Positions 26,040 through 38,289 of a stretch of 64,000 nt of DNA are shown here, one piece after another. Origin of the DNA: Okamejei kenojei (lineage: Eukaryota). Where the stretch lies: NCBI GenBank assembly GCA_035221665.1, contig CM069133.1:91326001-91390000 (forward strand), written 5' to 3'. A program made the position numbers and the translations under genes. The notes under the pieces were generated by a model, which searched no databases, was not told the DNA's origin, and was given only the letters and a program-made list of their open reading frames with translations. Position 1 is the first letter of the stretch; the number at the start of each line of letters is the position of its first letter.

Positions 26040-29000
26040 TACTTTTACAATGATGAAGATGCACCCAGGCATTTCTTCCCTCTACATTTACTGCTGTCGG
26101 AGTCATTAGAAGAACTTGGTACAGTCCTTCCCAACAAACTTCTGATCCTTTTCTTACCCAATTCTTCAATAAGACAGTGTCTGGGTTTTACTTTAATGGG
26201 AGTTACTAATGAAGGCATATCCTCATAGGCTGCTCTCACTCTACAATTTAAATCCCTTAAGGCTCTTGTCAAGGCTAAGATATAGTCGGTCATCTCTGCA
26301 GTCATATGGTGGAAATTAACTATTTTCATCACATTCTGGTTCCAAGGGGTTTTTAAGGGGCTACCGTAAATATTTTCAGCTGGGCTTAATCTAGATTTCC
26401 CTGCAGGCATGACTCTCCTCTGAAATAGGGCTATTGGGAGTAATTTAATCCATCCAAGTCCAGTCTCCGCCTTTAATTTGGCTAATTTAGTTTTAAGGGT
26501 CTGGTTGCCCTTTCTACAAGACCAGCAGCCTGTGGTTGATAAGCAGTGTAATTGCTCCTGGATCCCCAGCTGTTCACAAAATTCTTTATTGATTTGTCCA
26601 ATAACGTGTGGACCGTTATCTGAACTAAGGCAAATGGGAATGCCGAATCTAGGGGCAATTTCTCTCATTAGCACCTTGACAACAGTAGCCGCATTATTGT
26701 CAAGGGTTGGGTATGCTTCGATCCACCGGCTGAATACATTGACTACGACAAGAATGTATTTATATTCTTGGCATCTTTCTAATTCAATATAGCCCATTTG
26801 CAATGTCTCAAAAGGACCCATAGGCAATGGTATTTTCCCTCCTTCACATCCTATTCCTTTCCCTGGATTGTGTTGCTGGCAGACCAGACAATTACTGCTT
26901 GCATTTGAGCAAATGATTGTAATTTTAGATGCCACCAAGTAGCTAATAGAATGTCCCCCACTGCTCTTGCACCACAATGGGTTGCATAGTGCATATACTC
27001 GATAACCCATACGGCCAATGAGTCTGTCATGCAAGTTTGCCCTTCTGGGTCTACTGCCCAGTCATACAATCCAGTACACATCCCAGTTCTCTCCATCTCT
27101 CCTTATCTCCTTCAGAAACCTCTTCTTGTAATCAAATGATTTCTTGAATGGTTGGCATCAGTTTCTCCTCGGGGGACTTGTTAGTTACACTTTTAGTCTG
27201 CCTCATCATTTTAGGTACCACCACCTTGCGTTCCCACGATACTTTCTTAGCTTCTAAATCAGCATTACCATTTAATAACCATATAACCATATAACAATTA
27301 CAGCACGGAAACAGGCCCTCTCGGCCCTTCCAGTCCGTGCCGACCATTTGTTTTCCCCTAGTCCCATCTACCTGCACTCAGACCATACCCCTCCATTCCC
27401 TTCACGTCCATATACCTATCCACTTTACTCTTAAATGTTAAAATCGATCCTGCCTCCACCACTTCTGCTGGAAGCTCATTCCACACAGCCACCACCCTCT
27501 GAGTAAAGAAGTTCCCCCTCACGTTACCCCGAAACCTCTGTCCCTTAATTCTCATGTCATGCCCTCTTGTTTGAATCTTCCCTACCCTCAATGGGAAAAA
27601 CGTATCCACGTCAACTCTGTCTATCCCTTTCATCATTTTAAAGACCTCAATCAAGTCCCCCCTTAACCTTCTGCGCTCCAAAGAATAAAGACCTAACTTG
27701 TTCAACCTTTCTCTGTAACATAGTTGCTGGAACCCTGGCAACATTCTAGTAAATCTCCTCTGTACTCTCTCTATTTTGTTGACATCCTTCCTATAACTAG
27801 GCGACCAAAATTGTACACCATACTCCAGAATTGGTCTTACCAATGCCTTGTACAATTTTAACATTACTTCCCTACTCCTATATTCAATGCTCTGATTTAT
27901 AAAGGCCAGCACACCAAAGGCTTTCTTTACCACCCTATCTACATGCAATTCCACCTTCAGGGAACTATGCACAGTTATTTCTAGATCCCTCTGTTCCACA
28001 GCATTCCTCAATTCCCTACCATTTACCATGTACGTCCTATTTTGATTTGTCCTGCCAAGATGTAGCACTTCACACTAATCAGCATTAAACTCCATCTGCC
28101 ATCTTTCAGCCCACTTTTCCAAATGGCCCAAATCTCTCTGTAGACTTTAAAAATCTACTTCATTATCTACAACACCACCTATCTTAGTATTATCTGCATA
28201 CTTACTTATCCAATTTTCCACCCCATCATCCAGATCATTGATGTACATGACAAACAACAGTGGACCCAACACAGATCCCTGAGGCACCCCACTGGTCACC
28301 GGCTTCCAACCTGACAAACAGCCATCCACCATTACTCTCTGACATCTCCCATTCAGCCACTGTTGAATCCATCTTGCTACTCCGCCATTAACACCCAAAG
28401 ATTGAACCTTCTTAACCAACCTTCCATGGGGAACCTTGTCAAAGGCCTTACTGAAATCCATATAGACAACATCCACTGCTTTACCCTCATCAATTTCCCT
28501 AGTTACCGCTTCAAAAAATTCAAGAAGGTTTGTCAAACATGACCTTCCAGGCACAAATCCATGTTGACTGTTCCTGATCAGACCCTGTTTATCCAGATGC
28601 TTATATATATTATCTCTAAGTATCCTTTCCATTAATTTGCCCACCACTGACGTCAAACTAATAGGTCTATAATTGCTAGGTTTATTCTTTGAACCCTTTT
28701 TAAACAATGGAACAACATGCGCAGTTCGCCAATCCTCCGGCACTATTCCCGTTTCTAATGACATTTGAAATATTTCTGTCATAGCTCCTGCTATTTCTAC
28801 ACTAACTTCCCTCAATGTCCTAGGGAATATCCTGTCAGGACCTGGAGACTTATCCACTTTTATATTTTTCAAAAGTGTCAGTACTTCCTCCTCTTTGAAT
28901 CTCATAGTTTCCATAGCTACTCTACTTTTTCCCCTTAACTCACCGAGTTCAATATCCTTCTCCTTGGTGAATACCGAAGAAAAGAAATTGTTCAATATCT

Positions 29001-31955
29001 CCCCCATCTCTTTTGGCTCTGCAGATAGCTGGCCATTCTGGTTCTCTAATGGTGCCAATTTTATCCCTCGTTATCCTTTTGCTATTAATATAGCTGTAGA
29101 AACCCTTTGGGTTTACTTTCACCTTTCTTGCCAAAGCAACCTCATATCTTCTTTTAGCCTTCCTAATTTCTTTCTTAAGATTCTTTTTACATTCTTTATA
29201 CTCCTCTAGCACCTCATTTACTCCATGCCTCCTATAATTATTTTAGATATCTCTCTTTTTTCGAAACAAGTGTCCAATTTCCCTTAAAAACCATGGCTCT
29301 TTCCAATTTTTACTATTTCCTTTCAACCTAACAGGGACATAAACATTCTGTACTCTTACAATTTCCCCTTTAAATGTCCTCCATTTCTCTTCTACATCCT
29401 TCCCATGAAACAAAGTGTCCCAATTCACTCCTTTAAAATCCTTACGCATTCCCTCAAAGTTAGCCTTTCTCCAATCAAAAATCTCCACCCTAGGTCCAGT
29501 TCTGACTCTCTCCATAATTATATTGAAACTAATGGTATTGTGATCACTGGTCCCGAAGTGCTCACCAACGCAAAATTACGATTTCCAATATCTACTGGGG
29601 TCTGTCCTTTAATAGCGGCGCTACATTTCATTACAGATATTTGTCTGGGTAGCATTAAGGCCTTCAATAAATTTGTCACTAATTATTGGTGTGATATTTG
29701 GGTTCCTGCAGAAGTCCACATATAATGTGATGTCAGGGTCTTCCATGGGTACATCCCTCAAGTCCTCCCTCACTGATGTTTCTTCCTCTATAACAAATAC
29801 AGTCGTGTCCTGCTTCTGATTGCTCTTCTGGGGGTGAAATAAGAAAAGAGGCTGGGTTAATCAATGTACGATGTTTAAACTGCAATTTCGGGATTGTTCA
29901 ACAGATCGATCTCATACTTATTTTGGCGGGCCATTGTCAAGTGCTGGGTTTGAAGCTGCCCCAACAATGCCGATACTGAATGTGAACTGCACACTACAAT
30001 TTTCCACTGGAATGTCAAATTATCAGCTGATTGTAAACTATTGTAATTGCAATTAAGATTTGAGTGCAAAGAGGGTGTCCCCGAGCTACTGGATCTAATT
30101 TGGAGGAGTAAAATGCAACTGGTCTATGTCTATCCCCATGCTTTTGTGTTAGTTCTGAAGTGGCACAGTCAGAGAGAATTGTACAATACAGCTGGAAAGG
30201 ACAATCGTATAATGGCCTTCCCAATACCGGGGCTCGTATCAATGATCTTTACGTTCTCAAATGCTTCCTCTGCCTCCTTTATTAATTTAAATTTGCCCTC
30301 CTTGTTAGTATAAGGTGTTAGCTCCTTGGTTTCTAGAGCTATATTTGGAATCCAGGGCCTGCAATAATTAACCATGCCCAGCCATTGCCTCATTTATTTG
30401 GCTTCTTTTGGGATCGGAAATTCGCAGATAGGTTCGAGTCTGCTCTTCTCGAAACTTCTTTCGGTGGCTGAAATTATAATTCCTAAAATTTTTACTTTCT
30501 CCTGAGCTACCAGTACTTTTGATGGCGAGACTACATATCCTAGATCGGCTAGATGATTTAGTCATTGTGCAGTGTCTTTCCGATTACTGGATTCATCTTT
30601 ACTAGCCATTAATAGGTCATCAATATACTGCACTAATGTTGAATTCATTTTGAACTTCACATTACTTAGTTGTTCCTGCAAACACTTGGAAAATAAGGTA
30701 GGCAAATTGACAAAACCTTGGGGCAACCTGGTTCAAGTATATTGTTGGCCCCTATATGTGAAGGCAAACAAAGATTGGCTGTCTTCATGAAGAGGAAGAG
30801 AAATGAATGCATGTAACAAGTCGACAATCGGAAAAACTTTTGCTTCAGCCAGTATTTGGGCAGGGTTTGGCATGAGGGCATAAGTTGGTTCTACAACAGA
30901 ATTGATTTTCCTTAAGTCTTGTACAAGTCTATATTGGCCCTCCTTTCCCAGTTTTGGAACGGCAAGAATAGGGGTGTCACATATTGATTGACACTTTACC
31001 AATATTCCTTGTTCTAGCAAATCCCAAATTAATTTGTCAATGATGCTGATGGCCTGCAGTTTCAATGGATATTGTTGGATTGAAGGAAGTGTTACCCCTT
31101 TCTGGAGAGCTACACGGATGGGATTGATGTTCACGCATCCTACCTGAACAGTATCCTCCGCCCATACTTGAGGGCCCACATACTCGTATCCCTCACTCCC
31201 CAGATGATGACGCAAGTGGGTAACAACTTTCTTTGGGGTCTGGTAAAATTCAACAACACATTGACTAGATAAATTTTGCTTTTGATAATTATTTGGGTCT
31301 GCCAAGGTAATTGCCTTTCTTACCATCATTCCTAGGTCTTTAGCTCTATCCGGGAAATTCGCCTTTCGGGTGATGTGAGGAGCAACTTCTTCAGGTCTTT
31401 TCCATAATTGTGCTAGTATTTTAGCATATTCGGCAACTCCCTCTTTTCCTTCCACTAGTGCCAATACTTCTACTTCCCATTCCTGTCCTTCGTATGATTT
31501 AAAGAAGGTTTCCAGCTCACTGTTCTTTCCATTCCTGTCGTAAGCCAGTGTAATGTGAAATGGGGGTTCTTCGCCCACAGTGGTCACTATGGAGTAACAT
31601 TGTCGTACAGGGGCCCAGGGGGTCAGTACTATGCCTCTGTCACCACATTCTATTTTTAGCTGGAAAGCACAGAGTAAATCCATCGCCATCAGGTGGTTAT
31701 CACAAATCTATGTTTGATAGCCTTTCCTCCATATACTACTTCAACTGGCTCAGAGATGGGATACTGGCAAACTTGTCCTTAAAACCCGGACAGGTTCTGA
31801 ACTTCTCTTGATTCTGGTTAATTATGAATTGATTGAAGAGATGGCATGGATGCGCCCGTGTCTACTAAGAAGGTACAAATTTTTTTGCCTTGAGCTGGTA
31901 GAGACAACATAGGTTCCTCATCAGACTTTCATTCAGTCACTACTAGGTTTGCTAA
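26040..31955 (-). pseudogene. pol: ERV pro-pol (protease, putative 2H phosphoesterase, RT, partly deleted RNase H, integrase), interrupted by a CR1 at 27274-29574
   Basis: FLVDTGAS (~31850-31872); QQYPL, TPILAVPK, YRLVQDLRKIN, FAFTY, LPQGF, YIDD (30617-30628); WLGMVNYCRPWIP; RPVAFYSSKLDPVARG; GNRNADLEAK; integrase H..TH/C..C, FSRWIEAYP, SSDNGPH. Confidence 0.93.
27274..29574 (-). mobile_element. Young 5'-truncated CR1 LINE inserted in ERV RNase H
   Basis: Long ORFs 28147-29058 and 27358-28068 with CR1 RT motifs; (TTATATGG)n tail; 10-bp TSD attaccattt (27264-27273) / attacgattt (29575-29584) whose removal restores GNRNADLEAK. Confidence 0.96.
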
Positions 31956-33931
31956 TCATAGGCGTGTGAATGGGTTATTCTGAGAAAAGTAGATTTGTCC
32001 CTTTGGCTCTTGATTTTCCTGCCAGTTCCCTCTGTGCTCTCCAGGATCCCGTTGATCCCTCCATTCTCTTGGATCTTGGAAAACAAATTCCGTGACCCCC
32101 TCTGTCGTTCCTTTCTTTATTTGGGTACCCCCTACTCCAGTGACCTACCCCTCCCGCAATGATAACACTGACCCATTCCTGATGGCCGGCATGTCCTCGA
32201 CCCTGGTCTTTGGAGGACTGGCTCTAGGGCAGATGATTCTCTATAATATCGGTCTGGATATTCCAGGACTAACTTCTCCCAGTCCGTGGTTTGCGGGTAC
32301 TCTTGGGATCCACAGTTGAAGGTTGAATTTTGGTACTTCCTTTCTGATCACATATTCAGTTTTTTGTTTTACTACAGGCGGGCTATCCTGCTTCTTTATG
32401 TCCCTCCAGTGATATCTTACAGCCCTAGCCATTTGACTGGCACTATTTTCTGTCCAGTCCATGTTATTAATCTTAATGGCTTCTGCTACGTTTGTGGGGA
32501 GGCAATTCAGTAAGATTGCACAATATTGAAGGGAATTTACTCAATTTCTGTAATTTAAGTCACCTGATTGATCCATATATAATTCAGAGAATCGCTCTAA
32601 AAATTCATCTGCTCCTTCTCCCCTATTTGGTCCTACATCTAATATTCTGGCCAAATCGATTGGTTTCTGAAGGGCGTTTGCAAGGGCTGTTAAAACAGCT
32701 TCCTCCCTTGCACCATTGTCCGCTATTATATTTGCAAGAGCTTCATGCGACGGATGTCCTAAATCCATTAGAAATCTGGTATGCTCACTTGGGGTAATTA
32801 TTTGCTGGATCACCACCCATAAATCCCAGGAATCTGCGTGATAAATGCGCATTGTAGTTCTTAAGTGATCCACAAAAGAAGCGGGTGATTTTCTACGATC
32901 GGGTATTTGATTTAAAATAGTCATCATCTCATTAGGCTTCCATGGGCAAATAGACTAATTGTATGGGGATTATTTGCACTCACTGCATTGGTTGGATCAA
33001 AGGAAGGATTAGGCATATCCCTTACAGAGTCTAAGGGTTGTTTGTTTAGCTTCAGGATCTACCTCAGCTTCTTCAATTACTGTATCACCCCCTGATGTAT
33101 CTTCCCCTTCACCAGGGGGTTGACGGTACTTTCTAAATGATTTCTTTCCTTCTTTAACTGCTCGTTCAATTTGTCTAGGGGTATGCTCTTCTTTTCTCTT
33201 AACTAATTGAGTTATTTTTCTAGTCTGGCTTCTGGTACCGTGAACTCTAGGACTGTTTATAATGGATGGACTGGTCAGGTTTAAGGAAGTTTGTGCACTG
33301 GAATTCGATTGTCTATTCCCGTCACGAGCTCCGCGATGTGCATCTAAGGTATTGGGATCATAAGATGTATAAGGTGGTGGACGTGAATTCCTAATTTTAA
33401 CACTCTCCCAATCTTCTAAATAATCATCGTCATCCCCCTCGTAACCAGTGCCAATCATCGGATCCTCACACTTAAAACATATGGATGACAGTCTTTCTGT
33501 GAAGGATTTCCTTCTTCCTTTATCTTTAATACTCTCAGGCTCTTCCCTTAGGCTACCTGGAGGTTCAAATGGTTCAGTATCTTCTAATTTTATCCCCCGC
33601 TTTAGAGTTGCTTCCTTCCAACTTGCCATTCTTTCCTCCGCTCTGCTTTCTATTCCTCATAATAATTTCTCCACATTTCAATTAGTTCCTTTGCCTCTTT
33701 ATTATCGCTGCATTGCCATATAATCTGATCAATGTATTTCAATCCCTTTACTGTATCTATCAATCCTTTTTACTGTATGCCCCCTCTGGGCCATAATTCG
33801 CTCCCTAATTCTCTATTTAATGATCCAGAAAGAATTCTTAATCGGTCAGCTTTTTGTGGAAATTCACGGCATATTTCTTGTAACGGACTTTCCGAGTCAG
33901 CTGTCATATCGTTATTTGCGTGGTTCCCCAT
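31956..33931 (-). pseudogene. gag: ERV gag (frameshifted)
   Basis: MGNHANND start (Gly2 myristoylation-type), LWPRGG, PPPY late domain at 33369-33380, capsid-like fragments, degenerate CYHCG..GHW..(Y)P knuckle at ~32123-32168, ending NPFTRL-TGA. Confidence 0.85.
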
Positions 33932-35750
33932 TCTATTGGATATGATAGCAACTCTAAAGCTACTCACACCTCTTAACAATTTCCCCTTCTAATTCCGAAG
34001 TTATCAAAGTCGTATTACACAATATTCAAATCAAAATGCTCCAGAAAACTGCCAACCACAATCACACACGTTCTCGCAGCCCGTTTCCTATCCCCGACCT
34101 TAATCTACACGCATGCAAATGAACTCCAAACATGCAAGCAAAATTAAACACAAAAAATAAATGAGTCCACTTATTAGAAGTATATCTAACCACATTCCTG
34201 CAGAAATCACAAACACATCCACTTATTGCAATGGTAAATTACACTCTAATAAATCCTCCTTGTGGTGCAATCGGTCAGCAGAATGAAACCTCCCCCGACA
34301 CAGTGATCGAAAGAGTACAAACCCTGATCGGACCACCACGACTCAGATTCTTACAATACTACGATCTAAACAATTACAAATATTTAATGCAAGCACACTT
34401 TTGCTTCGTATCTAAACCTTAAACACTCACACATGCAGCAATACAAATGGCGGTCCGCGAACTTAACACACTAAATATTACTTTCTAAATCTTAATACAC
34501 TCTAAATTTACATACACAAAATATTTACACAATTCGGATCCGATAACAATACAAAAAGTTAGATTTTTACAATTTACAAGAAATGATTTAACGCGCCAGC
34601 GCAGTTTCCAAACACTCGATCTCAACGCCACGTCACGCTGTAATCAATCAGTGAGCCTCTCCCTCTAATACCGAAGATTTCCCCCTTCCTAGGTTACTCT
34701 TTGCTGAAGGGACTACTCCTTAAATGACTACTTTCCTTCCCGAATGTTACAATCCTCACGCTATGACTGGACTTCTATAGGGCGACCTCTATCCCTCCTC
34801 TCTAAGTTCTACAGAATTAGGGGTGCCCTACACATTCAGATTACTTTTCCCTAAGTAAATCAGGTTGCCGTCTCTCAGGTACTCTTCGCTATCAGGTACT
34901 AATCAACAATCGATCAAAGGGTTACTATTCACTGTTGATCAGCCGCTATTCGGAATCGATCATGGACATGCACAAATATTGAAGTTCTATTCAAATTCTA
35001 CCGTACGGGCAGAACTTCAATGTGAAATTCTGTATTTGGAAATTTGATTCTGCAAATCTAGACGCGTTCTCGAACTCCTAGTTTAAGTGCGTATCCCTCC
35101 ACATACGCGGGCTCATGAATCAAACTAAATTGCCCATTGAAATTTCAAATGGACTAGAGTATTCTCAACCAATCTATACTCTATCCACCGAGCCCAGTAC
35201 CTTTACGAGGTTCCTCGCTGTCACTTCAGGGAGGGACTCAGACACAATCACGCAGACACCCCTCTCTGCTGGGCACTGAGGGTTCAGCGCCTAGCCTCTT
35301 TGTGCTGACAGTCGATGCCAATCTTCAGAGCGCACCTTTCCAATCAGCGCTCCCGGCAAAGATAGATCAATATGTAGGTCAGACCTGTTTCAATAGCCCA
35401 CCAATTGGATACCAAATCTAGATCTTGGGCCACCCCTCGCCCAATGAAGCACGTCAGGCTCTCGTTAAAGCAGCTGCAGTCTGCCTACTACGACCAAGTT
35501 TTGGGCCACTCAACACCCTGTTTTATGGGCCCCTAACCCAAAGGAGAGCTAACCACCACCCCCCCCCCCCCCCTTTTTATAACAATCTCAATTGGACCCT
35601 TTCCCAAGCCCACGAATGATCGATCTGTTCCGACTAACGAAGTGCCGAAATACAATGCGAAAACCGCATAGTGGGCCCGATTTCTGCACTCGCGATCGAA
35701 ACAGCTCAACACCCTTGATCATAAACTTGTGTGTACGGGGGTCCGTTGAG

Positions 35751-35769
35751 ATCCCAGATGAGCCCCCCA
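35751..35769 (-). promoter_or_regulatory. Primer binding site, tRNA-Pro
   Basis: Minus strand TGGGGGGCTCATCTGGGAT versus the canonical Pro PBS TGGGGGCTCGTCCGGGAT (two CpG-type transitions, one extra G), directly after the 5' LTR. Confidence 0.88.
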
Positions 35770-35770
35770 A

Positions 35771-36343
35771 TGTAAATAGCTTGTTCTAAGCTTCCCCCAA
35801 GTCTAGTTTCAGTCAAAAATCAATGAGACAAACACTTGCGCATCTGAACTTTATTTTGACAAAACACAATTACAGTTCCAACTACTGTACCTAACCACCG
35901 CAGGTTCGATCCTCGTAACTGCCTGATCAAGCCCTCTTGGTCTCGCTCAAAGTGAGACACTCCAGAAGGTCATGCAGTCCTAAGCGCTCTCCCAGTAGAT
36001 CAACACAGGACCTCGTGGTAGCGGACTTTTATAGGTCCCCGGACCGAGAGTGGCCGAATCACATGGGGATGGTCTGAACTCCTGCCAGTTGTATTGCAAA
36101 ACTGTATAGCCATGGGTGTGGTCTGAACTCCTGCCAGTTGTATAGCAAAACTGCTATACATGTTATCAATTTAAGAGAAACAGGGAGAACACCTGGACCC
36201 CTCACCATCCTGCATACCAGTCTGAACCTAGACTGGCTGGTGCCATTCAAAGCCTGCAAAGTTCAGCTGATAAGGGTTAAGCACTTCTGACAAGTGCAGA
36301 GATCCTCCATTTTATGGCGTCTTTAATTTGGCCAATATTAACA
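35771..36343 (-). repeat. 5' LTR of the large ERV (573 bp)
   Basis: Minus strand TGTTAATATT...TTTACA; TATAAAA at 36027-36033; two ~49-bp tandem U3 repeats at 36062-36158. Confidence 0.92.
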
Positions 36344-36395
36344 CTTGTACACCGTTACTGAATTGCAAACTGCCTTGATTGCACTTGGGACCAAG

Positions 36396-36868
36396 TATAG
36401 GAGGTTTGCACGTAAGGTCATTGGGTCAAAGGGCTTGACGCACGGACCCGCTCAATCCATCTGGAGTACATCCGTCACTTCCGGTGCATGTTACTAATGC
36501 AAGAAACTCGTACTTTCAGACCTGTTAAAAACCGCCAAAATGTTGAATTTTTGCGCTGTCAAAATTATGGCTGTCGGGGTAAGTGTGAGAGACATGTACC
36601 CAACTTCAGAATTCCAAAAGTGAAGCGAAATGAAGGTACGATGTACCGTCATTTCTCCTCACGTTTGGAATTCTGAAGTAGGCTAAATGTATCTCACGCT
36701 TATCCCGATTTCCATAATTATTTAAAAATTGACCATTTCGGCAGGTTTTAACGGGCCCGCTACGCTGTAAGTGCTTACCTGCAGTTCATCGCATGTAATC
36801 CACTTGGGGTAGCGTAGCAACAGTACGGGTCATGGGTCGTGACCCGACTGCCGTGAAACCTTCCTATA
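36396..36868. mobile_element. Non-autonomous DNA transposon (MITE) with TIRs and a long central palindrome
   Basis: tataggaggtttgcacg ... cgtgaaaccttcctata termini; internal fold-back cttcagaattccaaa...tttggaattctgaag. Confidence 0.7.
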
Positions 36869-36884
36869 ACATTCATTAAGTGCA

Positions 36885-37080
36885 AGAAGGAACTGCAGAT
36901 GCTGGTTTAAACCAAAGACAGACATAAAATGCTGGAGTAACTCAGCGGGACAGGCAGCATCTCTGGAGATAAGGAATGAGTGACATTTCAGGTCGAGACC
37001 CCTCTTCATACGTCACCATTTCTTCTCTCCAGAGATGCTGCCTGCCCCGCTAAGTTACTCCAGCTTTTTGTGTCTATCTT
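36885..37080. repeat. Penelope-type palindromic short repeat
   Basis: Same family as 770-985. Confidence 0.8.
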
Positions 37081-38289
37081 CATTTCTTAAGTGCAAATCT
37101 ATGTAAATTCGCTTATTTCTTCAGTTGGGGAGTGTCTGTATTAAAATGTATTAATTCCCTATTAGGTTAACATTTAGATTGTTATTTATGTGGTAATCAA
37201 GTGTAAAAAAAAAAAAACCTGCTTTTTCACAAATCAATGCCCAAAATTTGCAACGTGCATGGAACTGCAGCTTTAAGTTCAATAATTGTGCAGAAGTTCA
37301 GGACCCATTAAAAGTTTGGGAAAACATTCAAGCTCTGAAGCTGAAATTTGATGACTGCACCATCGCATTTTGACACTACTCCCAAGCCAAGGACTCGAGT
37401 ATGAACATTTGCAGATTTCCCATTTACGCTCCCGAAATGTGCCAACTGAACATGGGCTACAACTGGCATGAGTTCAGCAGCTCCATTTACTTCAATGAAA
37501 AGGAAAGGCTAAGCATAAACTGCTAATTAGAGGCAAGTTACAGCTTCATATACAAATTAAACACGTTTGAGTGTGTTTTCGCATTTCCATTGTTCGAGTT
37601 TACATGTTTTAATACTTTCCAACGGCAAATTTAACTTTCAAATAGTTCTTGAATAATTGTAAACACAGGAATTCATAAATGTTCAAATACTTTGGCAGTA
37701 TTGTAGCCTGTAACCATATCTCACCTGACTGTCCAAGCATGTCAGTGGGAGCGATCGGCAAGGACTTGCCTTGGCAGTTGAATCCGAATCGGATTCTCCG
37801 TGGAAATTTACAGAGGTGAACCAGCATCAGGTAAAACTGGAGTTTGTGCTAAATTACCAGACCCCAAGGGCAGCAAGCACTTTAGGCCAAAGACAAGGAA
37901 GGCTGGTTGGATATTTTAATATCAGCTCACTTGAAGCTTAATGCAACAAACATTAGACATGAGCAGGTTCCTTGTAAATGGAACCTGTTTTTTTACTTTA
38001 ACAATAGACAATAGGTGCAGGAGTAGGCCATTCGGCCCGTTCAAGCCAACACCGCCATCAGTACCCCGTTCCTGCCTTCTCCCCATATCCCCCGACTTTG
38101 CTATCTTTAAGAGGCCTCTGAATAAACATGCCTGTGAAACAAATGGAGTTATATAATTGCAAATGACAAAGTCTGGATTATTTTGTATAAACAGTCACAG
38201 ACGTACACAAAAAATTGCAAGAACTAGTATTTAATTGCAAGCAAGCCAACTAGGTGAATCTTTAGATAGACACAAAATGCTGAACTCAG

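Larger units (their letters stand above)
22562..36343 (-). mobile_element. Endogenous retrovirus (gamma/epsilon-like), env-less, decayed, with two nested CR1 LINEs
   Basis: Two related TG...CA LTRs, tRNA-Pro PBS, gag (MG start, PPPY, CCHC remnant), pro (FLVDTGAS), RT (LPQGF, YIDD), RNase H remnant, integrase (HHCC, SDNG, WVHLHHCK), purine tract before the 3' LTR. Confidence 0.96.
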
